Shown: positions 38,446-49,879, counted from the first letter of the whole stretch. The stretch: DNA of 63,856 nucleotides, filler included, from Octopus bimaculoides (GCF_001194135.2; 5 parts of 5 records of this genome joined end to end with filler, not necessarily neighbours in it), one strand, 5' to 3'. Notes: generated by a model not told the origin, from the sequence alone. Numbers and translations: made by a program.

Positions 38446-38667
38446 TTGTGTGTCTGTGGTTGTCCTCCCTACCATCGCTTGACAACCGATGGTGGTGTGT
38501 TTACGTCCCCGTAACTTAGCGGTTCGGCAAAAAGAGACCGATAGAATAAGTACTAGGCTTACAAAGAATAAGTCCTGGGGTCGATTTGCTCGACTAAAGG
38601 CGGTGCTCCAGCATGGCCGCAGTCAAATGACTGAAACAAGTAAAGGAGTAAAAGAGTAAAAAGAGTA
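38440..38667 (+). mobile_element. SINE family B, 3' half, young
   Basis: Close to the other B copies with CpGs intact; (agtaaaag)n tail. Confidence 0.9.
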
Positions 38668-39084
38668 CAAAAATAATGGTAGAGTCAAAAAACATGTTAA
38701 GCTTACACAGTTGTTGTTGTTGTTGTTGTTGTCGCTGCCGTAGTTGTTGTCGCTGTTGTTGTAGTTATCATTGCTGTTGTCCCTTTTGTTTAGTCCAAAA
38801 TTAGTTCTGTCCAAGCAGACCCATTCTCAAAAGTATCCTTTCACTTTTCTTTGTTTCCCAGACATGGAAAAAATCATCAGAACTTTGACCAGAATTCCTG
38901 CAACATTTAAGTATGATCCTTTAGAGCCTGAGTTCAAATTTCACTGGGATTAACTTTGCCTTTCATACTTCTGGTGGTTAGTCCACATCGTTCCATAAAA
39001 AAGCACAGGGCCAGTTTTCTGGGTTCTCAGCCGTCCATATATATATATATATATATATATTCCTCCATGGACAGGTCCATCACA

Positions 39085-39236
39085 GTATTATTTATTTTCA
39101 CCAGCTGAGTAGACTGGAGCAACATGAAATGAAGTGTTTTGCTCAAGAATACAATGCATCGCCTGGTCCAGGAATCGAAACTGCAATCTTACAATCATGA
39201 GTCCAGCACCCTAACCACTAAGCCATGTGCCTCCAC
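39085..39236 (-). mobile_element. SINE family D, 5' part
   Basis: Reverse of the head at 22765; a decayed homologue also lies at ~36770-36900. Confidence 0.75.
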
Positions 39237-39679
39237 ATAATTCTAGTGGGGTTAATAAAAATATAGTATTAATCAAATATCGAAGTTTGATTCCTACAAA
39301 GCATCCTAGACAAATAGAATTATAATATATCTAGAGCTACAATCATCTAATGTGCCCTTGTCTTTTTGAAGACAGTAGGGTGTAATTAAAGGTGAATTTA
39401 GCTGCTATTTTCAGTAGGGTCCTTTCTTAAGTTGTTTAAGCAGTTGTAGAGTGATTACCTTTACTATTGGGTAGATCTTGTCTCTCTCTATCTCTCTCTC
39501 TCTCTTCTTTCCCCATCTCCCTTTCCCTCGCTCTTCCTCCTCCTCCTCCTCCTCCTCTCTTTCTCTCTCTAAAAGGTTTGAATAAAGCTTTCTACACAAC
39601 TCTTGTAACCACCTGTTACCTGGTTGCCTTAACAAAGGGAACGATGCCTGTATTATTGTTATGTGATACAGATAGGCCA

Positions 39680-39800
39680 TTGGTGCAGGTGGTGCTACCA
39701 ATGCTGGTGGTGATGGTAATGGTGGATGCGGTGTGGTGGCAGCAGCAGCAGCAATGGTGGTGGTGATAACGGAATGGTGACATGGTGGTGGTGGTGGTCA

Positions 39801-39831
<31 letters not shown>

Positions 39832-39955
39832 GGGGTATTTTGGTGACAGCAGCGGCAGCGGTGGCGGTGGCGGTGGTGGTGGTGGTGGTGGTGCAGGTGG
39901 AGGTGTTGGTGACAGTGATGATGGTGGTAATGGTGGTAGGAGAGCAACTGGTGAC
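39680..39955. repeat. Mosaic trinucleotide microsatellite (GGT/CAG/GTC)n
   Basis: Directly visible. Confidence 0.9.
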
Positions 39956-40064
39956 AGGGGTAGCACCAATATTAGCTTCTTAAGGTTGAAGCACCATTTA
40001 TGTGTAAGCACGTGTGTGTGTGTGTGTGTGTCTGTGTGTGTGTGTGAAGAATGAAACACCTATT

Positions 40065-40544
40065 CATCATCATCATCATCATTTAACATCCATTTTCCAT
40101 GCTGCCATGGGTTGGATGGTTTGATAGGAGCTGACCAGCTGAAAGGCTGTTCAGGCTCCATGTCTGTTTTGGAATGGTTTCTCTGGCTGAAAGCCCTTCC
40201 TAATGCCAACCACCTTACAGAGTATACTGGGTGCTTTTATGCAGAACCGGCATGGGTGATTTTTATGTGGCACCAGCCCCTACAGGCCCACAAGACTAGG
40301 GATGCTCAGCTGGAGAGAGTTGCAAGGGATGAGCCTGTATGCAAGGGCAACTATGCTTTTACTTATCTTGATGTGTCTTTTCAAGCACAGCAAATTGCCA
40401 GGAGTCTTGGTCCCCTGTCTTCTTCACTGTGAGTTCCAACATCTATCTGCAGATCCTTTCTCCCCACTTCATCCAGTGTCTTTTTTGGTCTACCCTTCCA
40501 CATGTTCCCTCTACAATTAAAGATCTTGATGTGACTGTCTTCAT
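40065..40544 (-). mobile_element. RTE-clade LINE 3' end with (TGA)n tail
   Basis: IKIFNCRGNMWKGRPKKTLDEVGRKDL matches the RTE C-terminal GRPKKTW..V..DL. It is contiguous with a 3' UTR repeat also seen at ~19900, 42980, 45025 and 46821. Confidence 0.75.
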
Positions 40545-40935
40545 NNNNNNNNNNNNNNNNNNNNNNNNNNNNNNNNNNNNNNNNNNNNNNNNNNNNNNNN
40601 NNNNNNNNNNNNNNNNNNNNNNNNNNNNNNNNNNNNNNNNNNNNNNNNNNNNNNNNNNNNNNNNNNNNNNNNNNNNNNNNNNNNNNNNNNNNNNNNNNNN
40701 NNNNNNNNNNNNNNNNNNNNNNNNNNNNNNNNNNNNNNNNNNNNNNNNNNNNNNNNNNNNNNNNNNNNNNNNNNNNNNNNNATAATAATAATAATAATAA
40801 TATAGATTTAATCAAAAGACTAAATGTGGTACTTAAAATGTTTGAGGCACCAGAATTTGGTAGGGTAAAAACCAAAAACAAAATCAAGAGATTTGGTGAA
40901 TAAAATTTGAAGAAAAGCAACAAAAATTCAATAGG

Positions 40936-41030
40936 TTATAGCAGTACGTACGTTTCGTACAAGCTACATTTATTCATGTAGTGATAACACTACAGAAAAT
41001 ACAATGAAAATGTACTCCTCAGCTGCATAA
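40936..41030 (-). ncRNA. Minimal type I hammerhead ribozyme candidate with canonical core
   Basis: Minus strand UUAU-GCAG CUGAGGA GUACA(49 nt)UGUAC GAA AC-GUAC-GU A CUGC-U-AUAA; predicted cleavage between 40945 and 40944. Confidence 0.75.
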
Positions 41031-41432
41031 AGGAATTTCATTTTAGAAAGTCATTTTGAAGATGTTTGCAAAAAACAAGAATAAGAGAAGAAAAAATACC
41101 ATCTTGACTGGGCTGTTGTTCAGCAGTCTATATACATATATACATACACACATATGCATACAATAACTCACACTCCCTAATTTCGTAAATCTCTGGAACT
41201 CTCTTAACTCCAACAATTGTTAACTCGGTAGCGACCAGCTTAAATTCAGCAAAGAAGAACATGAATTCCAAAGAAAAATATACATACATGATAATATTTC
41301 ACTTAAGCATTGTAATACCAATAACTTGGTGTAGAACTCAATATACATATGCTTCTGAACGAAGCATTAGTTGAGTACAGAGTGGTCATAAGAAAATGAG
41401 ATGACAAAGGAACAAACGATTATCTTATGAAC

Positions 41433-41479
<47 letters not shown>

Positions 41480-41784
41480 ACACATCCACCTTTTCTGCTC
41501 CTCTATCCTAATCTTTCTCTCTCTCATATTCACCTTGTACCTTGACCTCACACCTCTCTCTCTCTCTCTCTCTCTCTCTAGAAAGCACCCGGTACACTCT
41601 GCATCATAGATGCTGTTAGAAAGAGCATCCAGCCGTAGAAACCATACCAAAACAGACATTAGAACTAGGTGCAGCCTTCTGGCTTGTCTGTTCATGTTGA
41701 ACTGTCCAACTCATACCAGCATGGAAAAAGGGATATTAAATGATGATGATGATAATGATGACCATGACAATGACGACGATGACG

Positions 41785-41829
<45 letters not shown>

Positions 41830-42254
41830 TCAGCAAAAGAGACCAGTAGAATAAATACCAGACTTTTAAAAAATAAGTACAAGGGTTAATTTATTTGACT
41901 AAAATCCCTCCAAGGCAGTTCCCCAGTATGGCTGCTGTCCAATGACTGAAACAAGCGAAAGATAGATGATAAGGAATACATACATGTATGCATGCAATAA
42001 TACGTGAATACATAGATACATAGGCCTTTGTGCGAAGTGTGTTTACTCTGTGTGTGCATGAGGGATTGAAATACCACCTCCTACCCCTTAACTTGACCTT
42101 TCTCTTAATATTTACCTAAGGATCAAGGAGAAAGCTTCACTTTTCCTTTTTAGCATGACAACACTAACAATATCTGGTCTCAGAGAACTATGGGAAACCA
42201 TTCTTTATACAATATGTGTATTCTTATGTATCTGAACGAGTGCACATACCAGTG

Positions 42255-42296
42255 TATCTGTCTATCTAGTTGTCTGTCTGTCTGTCTGTCTATCTG

Positions 42297-42337
<41 letters not shown>

Positions 42338-42479
42338 TTATCTACCTGTCTGCCTGTCTCTCTGACTGTCTCTATCTATTTATCTGTCTGTCTGTCTATC
42401 TATCTATTTATCTGTCTGTCTGTCTATCTATCTATTTATCTGATTGTTCCTGTCTGTCTGTCTGTCTGATTGTTTCTGT

Positions 42480-42520
<41 letters not shown>

Positions 42521-42610
42521 GATCTATCTATCTATCTATTTACCTATCTGTCTGTCTGTCCTTCTGTCTGTCTGTCTAACTATCTCTCTATCTGTCTGTC
42601 CATCTATCTA
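42255..42610. repeat. (CTAT/CTGT)n compound microsatellite
   Basis: Directly visible. Confidence 0.95.
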
Positions 42611-43534
42611 TCAATAGTTCTCAATATGAGTGGTATCACCCCGAAGGGGGTACTGTCCATATCGAAGTATGCATTAAGCTTTAGGGGGCAGCCGGTGGTA
42701 GAGTGAGGTAACATAACACACTAAATGTTACCTATAGTAGTAATTATATTATACATAAAATAATTAGTAATGGTTATTAAAATAAAATGAGATCTCATCA
42801 CGCACAGAGAAGTCGTTTACTTGCAACACATAAAGTGAATTTATGACATTTATAACAGGCATGAGTGTGTGAGGAAAGAAGCTTGCTTTTCAACCACATG
42901 GTTCCAGGTTCACTTTGAGCAAGTGTCTTCTACTATAGTCTCAGACAGACAAAAGTTTTGTGAGTGGATTTAGTGAGTGGTTGGCGTTAGGAAGGGCATC
43001 AGACTGTAGAAATCTTGCCAAATTAGATAGGAGCCTGGTGCAGCCACCCAGCCTACCAGGGTGGCCAACCCATGCCAGCATAGAAAGCGGATATTAAACA
43101 ACGATGATGATGATGGTAATGTTTACTATGGTGTTTAATTATATTTACCCAGATGTTCCCAGTAATGATAATTGGAAAACAAAATATGTAGAATATATAG
43201 GATAAACAAGCAAGTAACAACAGGAGAATAATGAGCTGAGCCAGTGAGGGTTAGACATGTCACAAGTGTTATTGGTGGTGGTGGTGGCAGTGGTGATGGT
43301 GGCAGCAGTAGTGGTGGTGGTGGTTGAGGTGGGAACAGTGTTACCTGACAGGTATTGCTCTATTAAACACTGCCTACAAATAATAACCACAGCAGTTATG
43401 GCAGTAATGATGGTAATGACTATACTAATGATAAAAAGCAGTCTACAACAGGGCTCCAAAACCGTTATGCTGTGGCACATTGGTGTGCCATGAGGCAATG
43501 TTTGGTGTGCTGTAGTGTAATCTGAATATAACTT

Positions 43535-43770
43535 TTTTTCTTTACTTGTTTCAGTCATTTTGACTGTGGCCATGCTGGAACACTGCCTTTAGTCAAGCAA
43601 ATCAACCCCAGGACTTATTCTTTGTAAGCCAAGTGCTTATTCTATCAGTCTCTTTTTGCCAAACCGCTAAGTTACGGACACGTAAACACACCAGCATCGG
43701 TTGTCAAGCGATGTTGGGGGGACAAACACAGACACGCAAACATATACATACACATACATATATATATATA
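43535..43770 (-). mobile_element. SINE family B, 3' half
   Basis: Homologous to 21631-21880. Confidence 0.85.
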
Positions 43771-43857
43771 TGTGGGCATATGGCGTAGTGGTTAACAACA
43801 AACAAGACGAGGACAAATATCCGCCGAATGTAAATAATGTAAATAATGTAAATGATG

Positions 43858-44100
43858 CATAAAATTTCATGCTGATTCTTTGTTCCAACTTCCTGTCCAT
43901 GATAAAATCGCAGACTACATACAGCATACGCGTGATCACAAAAACACAAATTTCATGACTTGCTAAATAAACACAGTGATGTCACTTGACACATTGCCTC
44001 ATGACAATCACTGCTAGCTCTCACTCTGCATGCAACTGACTGCTGCCATCTGTTGGTGTGCTACAGGACTAGTCCGGGAACTTTTTGATACCATCTCATA
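43858..44100 (-). mobile_element. mariner 5' end (TIR plus transposase start)
   Basis: Minus strand TA-tgagatggtatcaaaaagttcccggact resembles a mariner TIR; ORF start MDRKLEQRISMKF matches mariner EQRxxIKFC. Confidence 0.7.
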
Positions 44101-44516
44101 TATATATAAATATAACCCTATTTGAAAATTATTACTGTTGAATACTATCTCTTAGTTTAATCTTTATACATCTCCAGCTGTCTGTTCTCCATCGAATTCA
44201 TTTACATTTATTTTTATATACTTTTTAAAAATTATTTTATTTATTTTTTACGTTTACTATAACTGCTTTATTCTCTCTCCATATTCCTTCTCATTTTTTG
44301 CTAACATTTAAGACGGTCAGTTCCCTGAGCTTAGGTCCAGCACTATAATTGATCTGAAACAACTTATCTTTAGTTTTACTAACTGCTTCCCAACCTCATG
44401 ATTCCTGGTCCAGTCCCACTGTGCTGCACCTTGCACAAGTGTCTTCTACTATAACCTCAGGCCGACCAAAGCCTTGTGATTGGATTTGGTTGACAGAAAC
44501 TGAAAGAAACTGAAAG

Positions 44517-44745
44517 AAGGCGGCGAACTGGCAGAAACATTAGTACACCAGGTGAAATGCTTAGCGGTATTTTGTCTGCCATTATGTTCTGAGTTCAAAT
44601 TCCACTGAGGTCGACTCTAGCTTTCATCCTTTCATAAATTAAGTACCAGTTATACACTGGGGTCGGTGTTATTGACTTAATCCCTTTGTCTGTCCTTGTT
44701 TGTCCCCTCTATGTTTAGCCCCTTGTGGGCAATAAAGAAACAAGA
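44517..44745 (+). mobile_element. SINE family A, tail type ii
   Basis: Full head plus ttgtcccctctatgtttagccccttgtgggcaataaagaaa tail. Confidence 0.85.
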
Positions 44746-45024
44746 AATTGAAAGGAGCCCATAGTATATATAAGAGGTTGGCTTTGAGAGTTGCATTTCC
44801 TCGCGTTCGGTAAAAATGTGTTTTTTATAGTAGTCTGACCTTAGAGTCCCTCATAGCGTGAGGCATTATTGTATAGTAATGCCCTTATATAAATATAAAT
44901 ATATATTTCGGGAGTAAATGATGGATTTTTTTCCCTTATGAGGTTTTTTTCACGCTAGCTACTTGATAAATTCTTGTAAAAGAATTCATCCTATTATTGA
45001 ATTTAAATATATATATATATATAT

Positions 45025-45290
45025 CATCATCATCATCATCATCATCGTTTAACGTCTGCCTTCCATGCTAGCATGGGTTGGACGATTTGACTGAGGACTG
45101 GCAAACCAGATGGCTGCACTAGGCTCCAATCTGATCTGGCAGAGTTTCTACAGTTGGATGCCCTTCCTAATGCCAACCACTCCTAGAGGCCCAGTCAGGC
45201 GGTATTGGCAACAGCCATGCTCAAAATTATGTTTTTTACGTGCCACCTGCACAGGAGCCAGTCTAGCAGCACTGGCAACGACCTCGCTCA
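45025..45290 (-). mobile_element. RTE 3' UTR repeat with (TGA)n tail
   Basis: catcatcatcgtttaacgtctgccttccatgctagcatgggttggacg; reverse homologue at 46821-47010. Confidence 0.8.
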
Positions 45291-45495
45291 TCTGTGTTTG
45301 TCCCCCTACCATCGCCTGACAACCGATGTTGGTGCGTTTGCATCCCCGTAACTTAGCAGTTCGGCAAAACAGACTGATAGAATAAGTACCAGGCTTACAA
45401 AGAATAAGTCCTCAGGTTGATTTGTTCAACTAAAGGTGGTGCTCCAGCATGGCCGCAGTCAAATGACTGAAACAAATAAAAGAATAAAAGATAAG
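45290..45495 (+). mobile_element. SINE family B, 3' half, lying between two RTE pieces
   Basis: tgtttgtccccctaccatcgcctgacaaccg...gactgaaacaaataaaag. Confidence 0.85.
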
Positions 45496-45496
45496 G

Positions 45497-45820
45497 GATC
45501 GGGGGACCCTGTCAAAGGCTTTCTCCATGTCAACGAAAGCCAAGTACAGAGGTTTATCTTTGGCGAGGAATTTCTCCTACAGCTGTCTTACCAGGAATAT
45601 AACATCAGTGGTGCTTCTTCCTGGCACAAACCCAAACTGCATCTTGTCTAGACTAACTCTCTCCCTGATTAATTGGGCTACGGCCCTCTCAGTGACTTCC
45701 ATTCCCTGATCCAACAGTCTGATACCTCTGTAATTATTCCTATCTAATGCATCACCTTTTCCTTTGTAGCAGTTGACTAGGGTGCTGCTACACCAGCCAC
45801 TGGATATACACTACTCATAC
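45497..45820 (-). mobile_element. RTE-clade reverse transcriptase fragment
   Basis: WCSSTLVNCYKGKGDALDRNNYRGIRLLDQGMEVTERAVAQLIRERVSLDKMQFGFVPGRSTTDVIFLVRQL*EKFLAKDKPLYLAFVDMEKAFDRVP. Confidence 0.9.
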
Positions 45821-46820
45821 CTCCTAACCTTTATGGTTTATATACTCCACATGAAATAATATCCTCAATCAGCTCTCCCGAATTTCAGCTGCATCATTAT
45901 ACTCCTCTGTATTGGATGACTATTTGGCCGAGTCCACTCGGTGAGCTTTCTGTGGTAGTGACACGATTCTATGAATCCATATATTACACCCCAAAATACA
46001 TATACTGTACTTATAGCATAGAAAAATTTGTGCACACTCATTACTGTATTGTATATTACATTAATGTTCTGTACTTTACAAANNNNNNNNNNNNNNNNNN
46101 NNNNNNNNNNNNNNNNNNNNNNNNNNNNNNNNNNNNNNNNNNNNNNNNNNNNNNNNNNNNNNNNNNNNNNNNNNNNNNNNNNNNNNNNNNNNNNNNNNNN
46201 NNNNNNNNNNNNNNNNNNNNNNNNNNNNNNNNNNNNNNNNNNNNNNNNNNNNNNNNNNNNNNNNNNNNNNNNNNNNNNNNNNNNNNNNNNNNNNNNNNNN
46301 NNNNNNNNNNNNNNNNNNNNNNNNNNNNNNNNNNNNNNNNNNNNNNNNNNNNNNNNNNNNNNNNNNNNNNNNNNNNNNNNNNNNNNNNNNNNNNNNNNNN
46401 NNNNNNNNNNNNNNNNNNNNNNNNNNNNNNNNNNNNNNNNNNNNNNNNNNNNNNNNNNNNNNNNNNNNNNNNNNNNNNNNNNNNNNNNNNNNNNNNNNNN
46501 NNNNNNNNNNNNNNNNNNNNNNNNNNNNNNNNNNNNNNNNNNNNNNNNNNNNNNNNNNNNNNNNNNNNNNNNNNNNNNNNNNNNNNNNNNNNNNNNNNNN
46601 NNNNNNNNNNNNNNNNNNNNNNNNNNNNNNNNNNNNNNNNNNNNNNNNNNNNNNNNNNNNNNNNNNNNNNNNNNNNNNNNNNNNNNNNNNNNNNNNNNNN
46701 NNNNNNNNNNNNNNNNNNNNNNNNNNNNNNNNNNNNNNNNNNNNNNNNNNNNNNNNNNNNNNNNNNNNNNNNNNNNNNNNNNNNNNNNNNNNNNNNNNNN
46801 NNNNNNNNNNNNNNNNNNNN

Positions 46821-47010
46821 CGGGTGACACGTAAAAGCACCCACTACACTCTCTGAGTGGTTGGCGTTAGGAAGGGCATCCAGCTGTAGAAACTCTGCCA
46901 AATCAGACTGGAGCCTGGTGTTGCCATCCGGTTTCACCAGTCCTCAGTCAAATCGTCCAACCCATGCTAGCATGGAAAGCGGACGTTAAACGATGATGAT
47001 GATGATGATG
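46821..47010 (+). mobile_element. RTE 3' UTR repeat, young, with (TGA)n tail
   Basis: Reverse complement of the 45025-45290 family; CpGs intact. Confidence 0.85.
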
Positions 47011-47731
47011 ATATATATAATTGTGCGTGTGTGTGTGTATGTATGTATGTATGTATATCAATTGATCAGGTATTAGGTATTCCATTATGATTCATACTGG
47101 AGTCCCATCAAATACACTGCTTTTCAGAAAATCAATATTGCAAAATATCAACCAGCTGTTACCCTTCTGATTATATTTAAGTCTCATTAGATTGGTGGAG
47201 AGTAAAGTGGTGCGATGACTGAATTGTTAGAGTGTTATGCTCTCAGTAGAAATGTTTCGAATTTACATCCTGTCTCTAGTGTCAATGCTGTTGTGGTTAT
47301 TGTTGTTTAGGCCCAAGTCAGCATTTATCCACCTACAGGCTAATGATTTAAGCCATGGGCATCTTGTTCACTTGAAAGTCAGAATGTGTGTGTGTGTGTG
47401 TGTGTATGTATGCATGTATGTGTGTATGCATGTATAAATATATATATATATGTATGTATGTATATGTGTATGTAGTGAAAATAAATACAAATGGTCTGAA
47501 TTGAGGAAAGCATTTAACGTTAACAAATCAAAATTATAAAAAATTAAAACCATTATTAAATTAATAGGTGGTATCTTTAACTTAGTATTACCTATTATTT
47601 TCTAAAGAGGTACATATTTTCCTGAGGTACATACTTAAAGTCCTAGTAACCTTTATACAATACTGTGACTTGTAAATAAAGCCTTATATTCATAATTATC
47701 ATTTATTTTTTATTTTAATATTGATATGATA

Positions 47732-47840
47732 GGCGCAGGAGTGGCTGTGTGGTAAGTAGCTTGCTTACCAACCACATGGTTCCGGGTTCATTCCCACTGC
47801 ATGGCACCTTGGGCAAAGTGTCTTCTACTATAGAGTCAGT
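47732..47840 (+). mobile_element. SINE family B, 5' head
   Basis: ggcgcaggagtggctgtgtggtaagtagcttgc...gcaccttgggcaaagtgtc. Confidence 0.85.
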
Positions 47841-48093
47841 GTATGTATGCATGTATGCATGTGTGAGTGTGTGTATATATATATACATATATATATATAT
47901 ACATACATACATACATATATATATATATACAAATTCAACTTTACGATGAAAGTAAACAAAGTTTGTTCTTTTTTAGAAGCGTTGAGATGTATTGTAAGAT
48001 ACAGAAATAAATTTATTTCTCAAACGCGTGATAATGCTATAAATAGCGTGATCAGGATAAATTATCCATTTTATTGCAGAAAAATATGCTACT

Positions 48094-48165
48094 GGCCAGT
48101 CATGAGACTCGAACTCACATCTCTGTGATTACGCGTCAAGTGTTTTACCATTAAACTAAACTGCC
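48094..48165 (-). pseudogene. tRNA-Thr(CGT)-like pseudogene or SINE head
   Basis: Cloverleaf by eye: acceptor GGCAGTT/GACTGGC with one mismatch, D arm GTTT/AAAC, anticodon loop CGCGTAA, T arm GTGAG-TTCGAGT-CTCAT. The anticodon stem is disrupted and U33 is replaced. Confidence 0.55.
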
Positions 48166-48234
48166 CAGCAACGAATTCTTCTGCTATTTTAGAACTTATA
48201 TATATATGTATATATATATATATATATATATGGG

Positions 48235-48425
48235 AGAATATACAAATAATAACAACAGACGAGGACAGGTGGTGTAAATAACAAAAGTATATATTAGTAT
48301 GACGCTCGGGAATACGGAAAGTCTTTGACGTTTCGAGCTACGCTCTTCAACAGAAATAATACGGAGACAAGGAGAAAAGCACGGAGAAAAAAAATTGAAT
48401 AGTGTTCAGTCAACGGTCAATCATA
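48235..48425 (-). mobile_element. Short Penelope-LTR-like repeat with degenerate hammerhead motif (48321-48357)
   Basis: Minus strand UUU-CUGUUGA-A-GAGC(GUA)GCUC-GAAAC-GUC-AAAG. Confidence 0.45.
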
Positions 48426-49044
48426 NNNNNNNNNNNNNNNNNNNNNNNNNNNNNNNNNNNNNNNNNNNNTTAATTAATTAANNNNNNNNNNNNNNNNNNN
48501 NNNNNNNNNNNNNNNNNNNNNNNNNACACATACACGCACACACATACACGCACACACATACACGCACATTAACAAATAAGTATTTATACAAAACACAACA
48601 CAAATAACAATAACTAAAGTAAATTTAAACATTATATATCGTCAATGTTGGTGAAATATATGTAAGAATGTATTAAAAAAAAAGCATTACTTATGTACTC
48701 CTGATGAGTGAGGAAAAGAGAAAGAACATACTATTAATGCGTTGGAGGGAAAAGGGAGAATCTCCTGACGGACTGTAACACACTTAGGTTACAACTCTTC
48801 AGAGATGTTGGTGCTGTCAACAGGGTGTGAAAAACGTCTTTCAGCAGAGCCTCTCCTATTTTACTACTCATTAACATTATAGAAGAAATGTTTGCATACA
48901 TTTTCTTATTTAAACCATAGTGAAGCTTTATATTTAAATTCAATTCACTGTATAAGTTCTCTCTTAAAGTTGATTGTCCTTGGCCTGAATGCTGACTGAC
49001 ATATCACTAAGCTAATATCAGAAGTTAAGGTGACACAGTTAAGG

Positions 49045-49262
49045 TGTCAAGCTGGCAGAATTGTTAGCACGCCGGGCAAATTGCTTAGCGGCATTTCGCC
49101 CGTGTTTACGCTCTGGATTCAAATTCCGCCGAGGTTCGACTTTCCCTTTCATCCTTTCGGGATCAATAAAATTAATACCAATAAAGCACTGGTGTCGATA
49201 TAATCAACTTATCCCCTCCTCCGAAATTGCTGGGATTATGCTAAAATTTGAAAACAATATCG
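49045..49262 (+). mobile_element. SINE family A, tail type i
   Basis: Full copy; a second head follows at 49445-49540. Confidence 0.85.
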
Positions 49263-49700
49263 TGTAGCAGCAGAACTTGCTTTTTTCTTTTTTTTTTTTT
49301 TTTTTGCATTCTTTCCAGCCATTCGTTAGTTTACCAACTTCAACAGTTAGTATTTTTTTTCTTTCTTCTTCTGACAGTTGTTAATAACCAGATAATTAAA
49401 CTGGCTTGAAACATTCGTCTTCGTATAATACCAATACTGGAACAAGGCGACGAGCTGGCAGAATGGTTAGCACGCCGGGCGAAATGCTTAGCGGTATTTC
49501 ATCTGCTATTACGTTCTGAGTTCAAATTCCGCTGAGTTCAGATTTTTAATGTTTGGTACTATCGGTTTCTTTGGATGTAACGCTATGTTGCGGGGACATA
49601 AACGACTAACAGTGGCTCTCAGTCAAGTAGCAGTGGTGAGGGAGAAACACAAAAATACACACAAACACGCGTGCGGGGACATACACACACACACACATAC

Positions 49701-49766
<66 letters not shown>

Positions 49767-49879
49767 ATAAATATATATATATATATATATAGAAACATTA
49801 TTATTTCTAAATCTCTCAAAGAGAGATATTTGGTAACAGTTCTTTAAAGTAAAGATCATTTGCCAACATAATGTGACTG

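Noticed and set aside
41170-41250. FVNLWNSLNSTIVNS, resembling a CR1/L2 LINE C-terminus; also a weak endonuclease-like reading at 5560-5860
   Set aside because: Too short or degenerate to support by eye.
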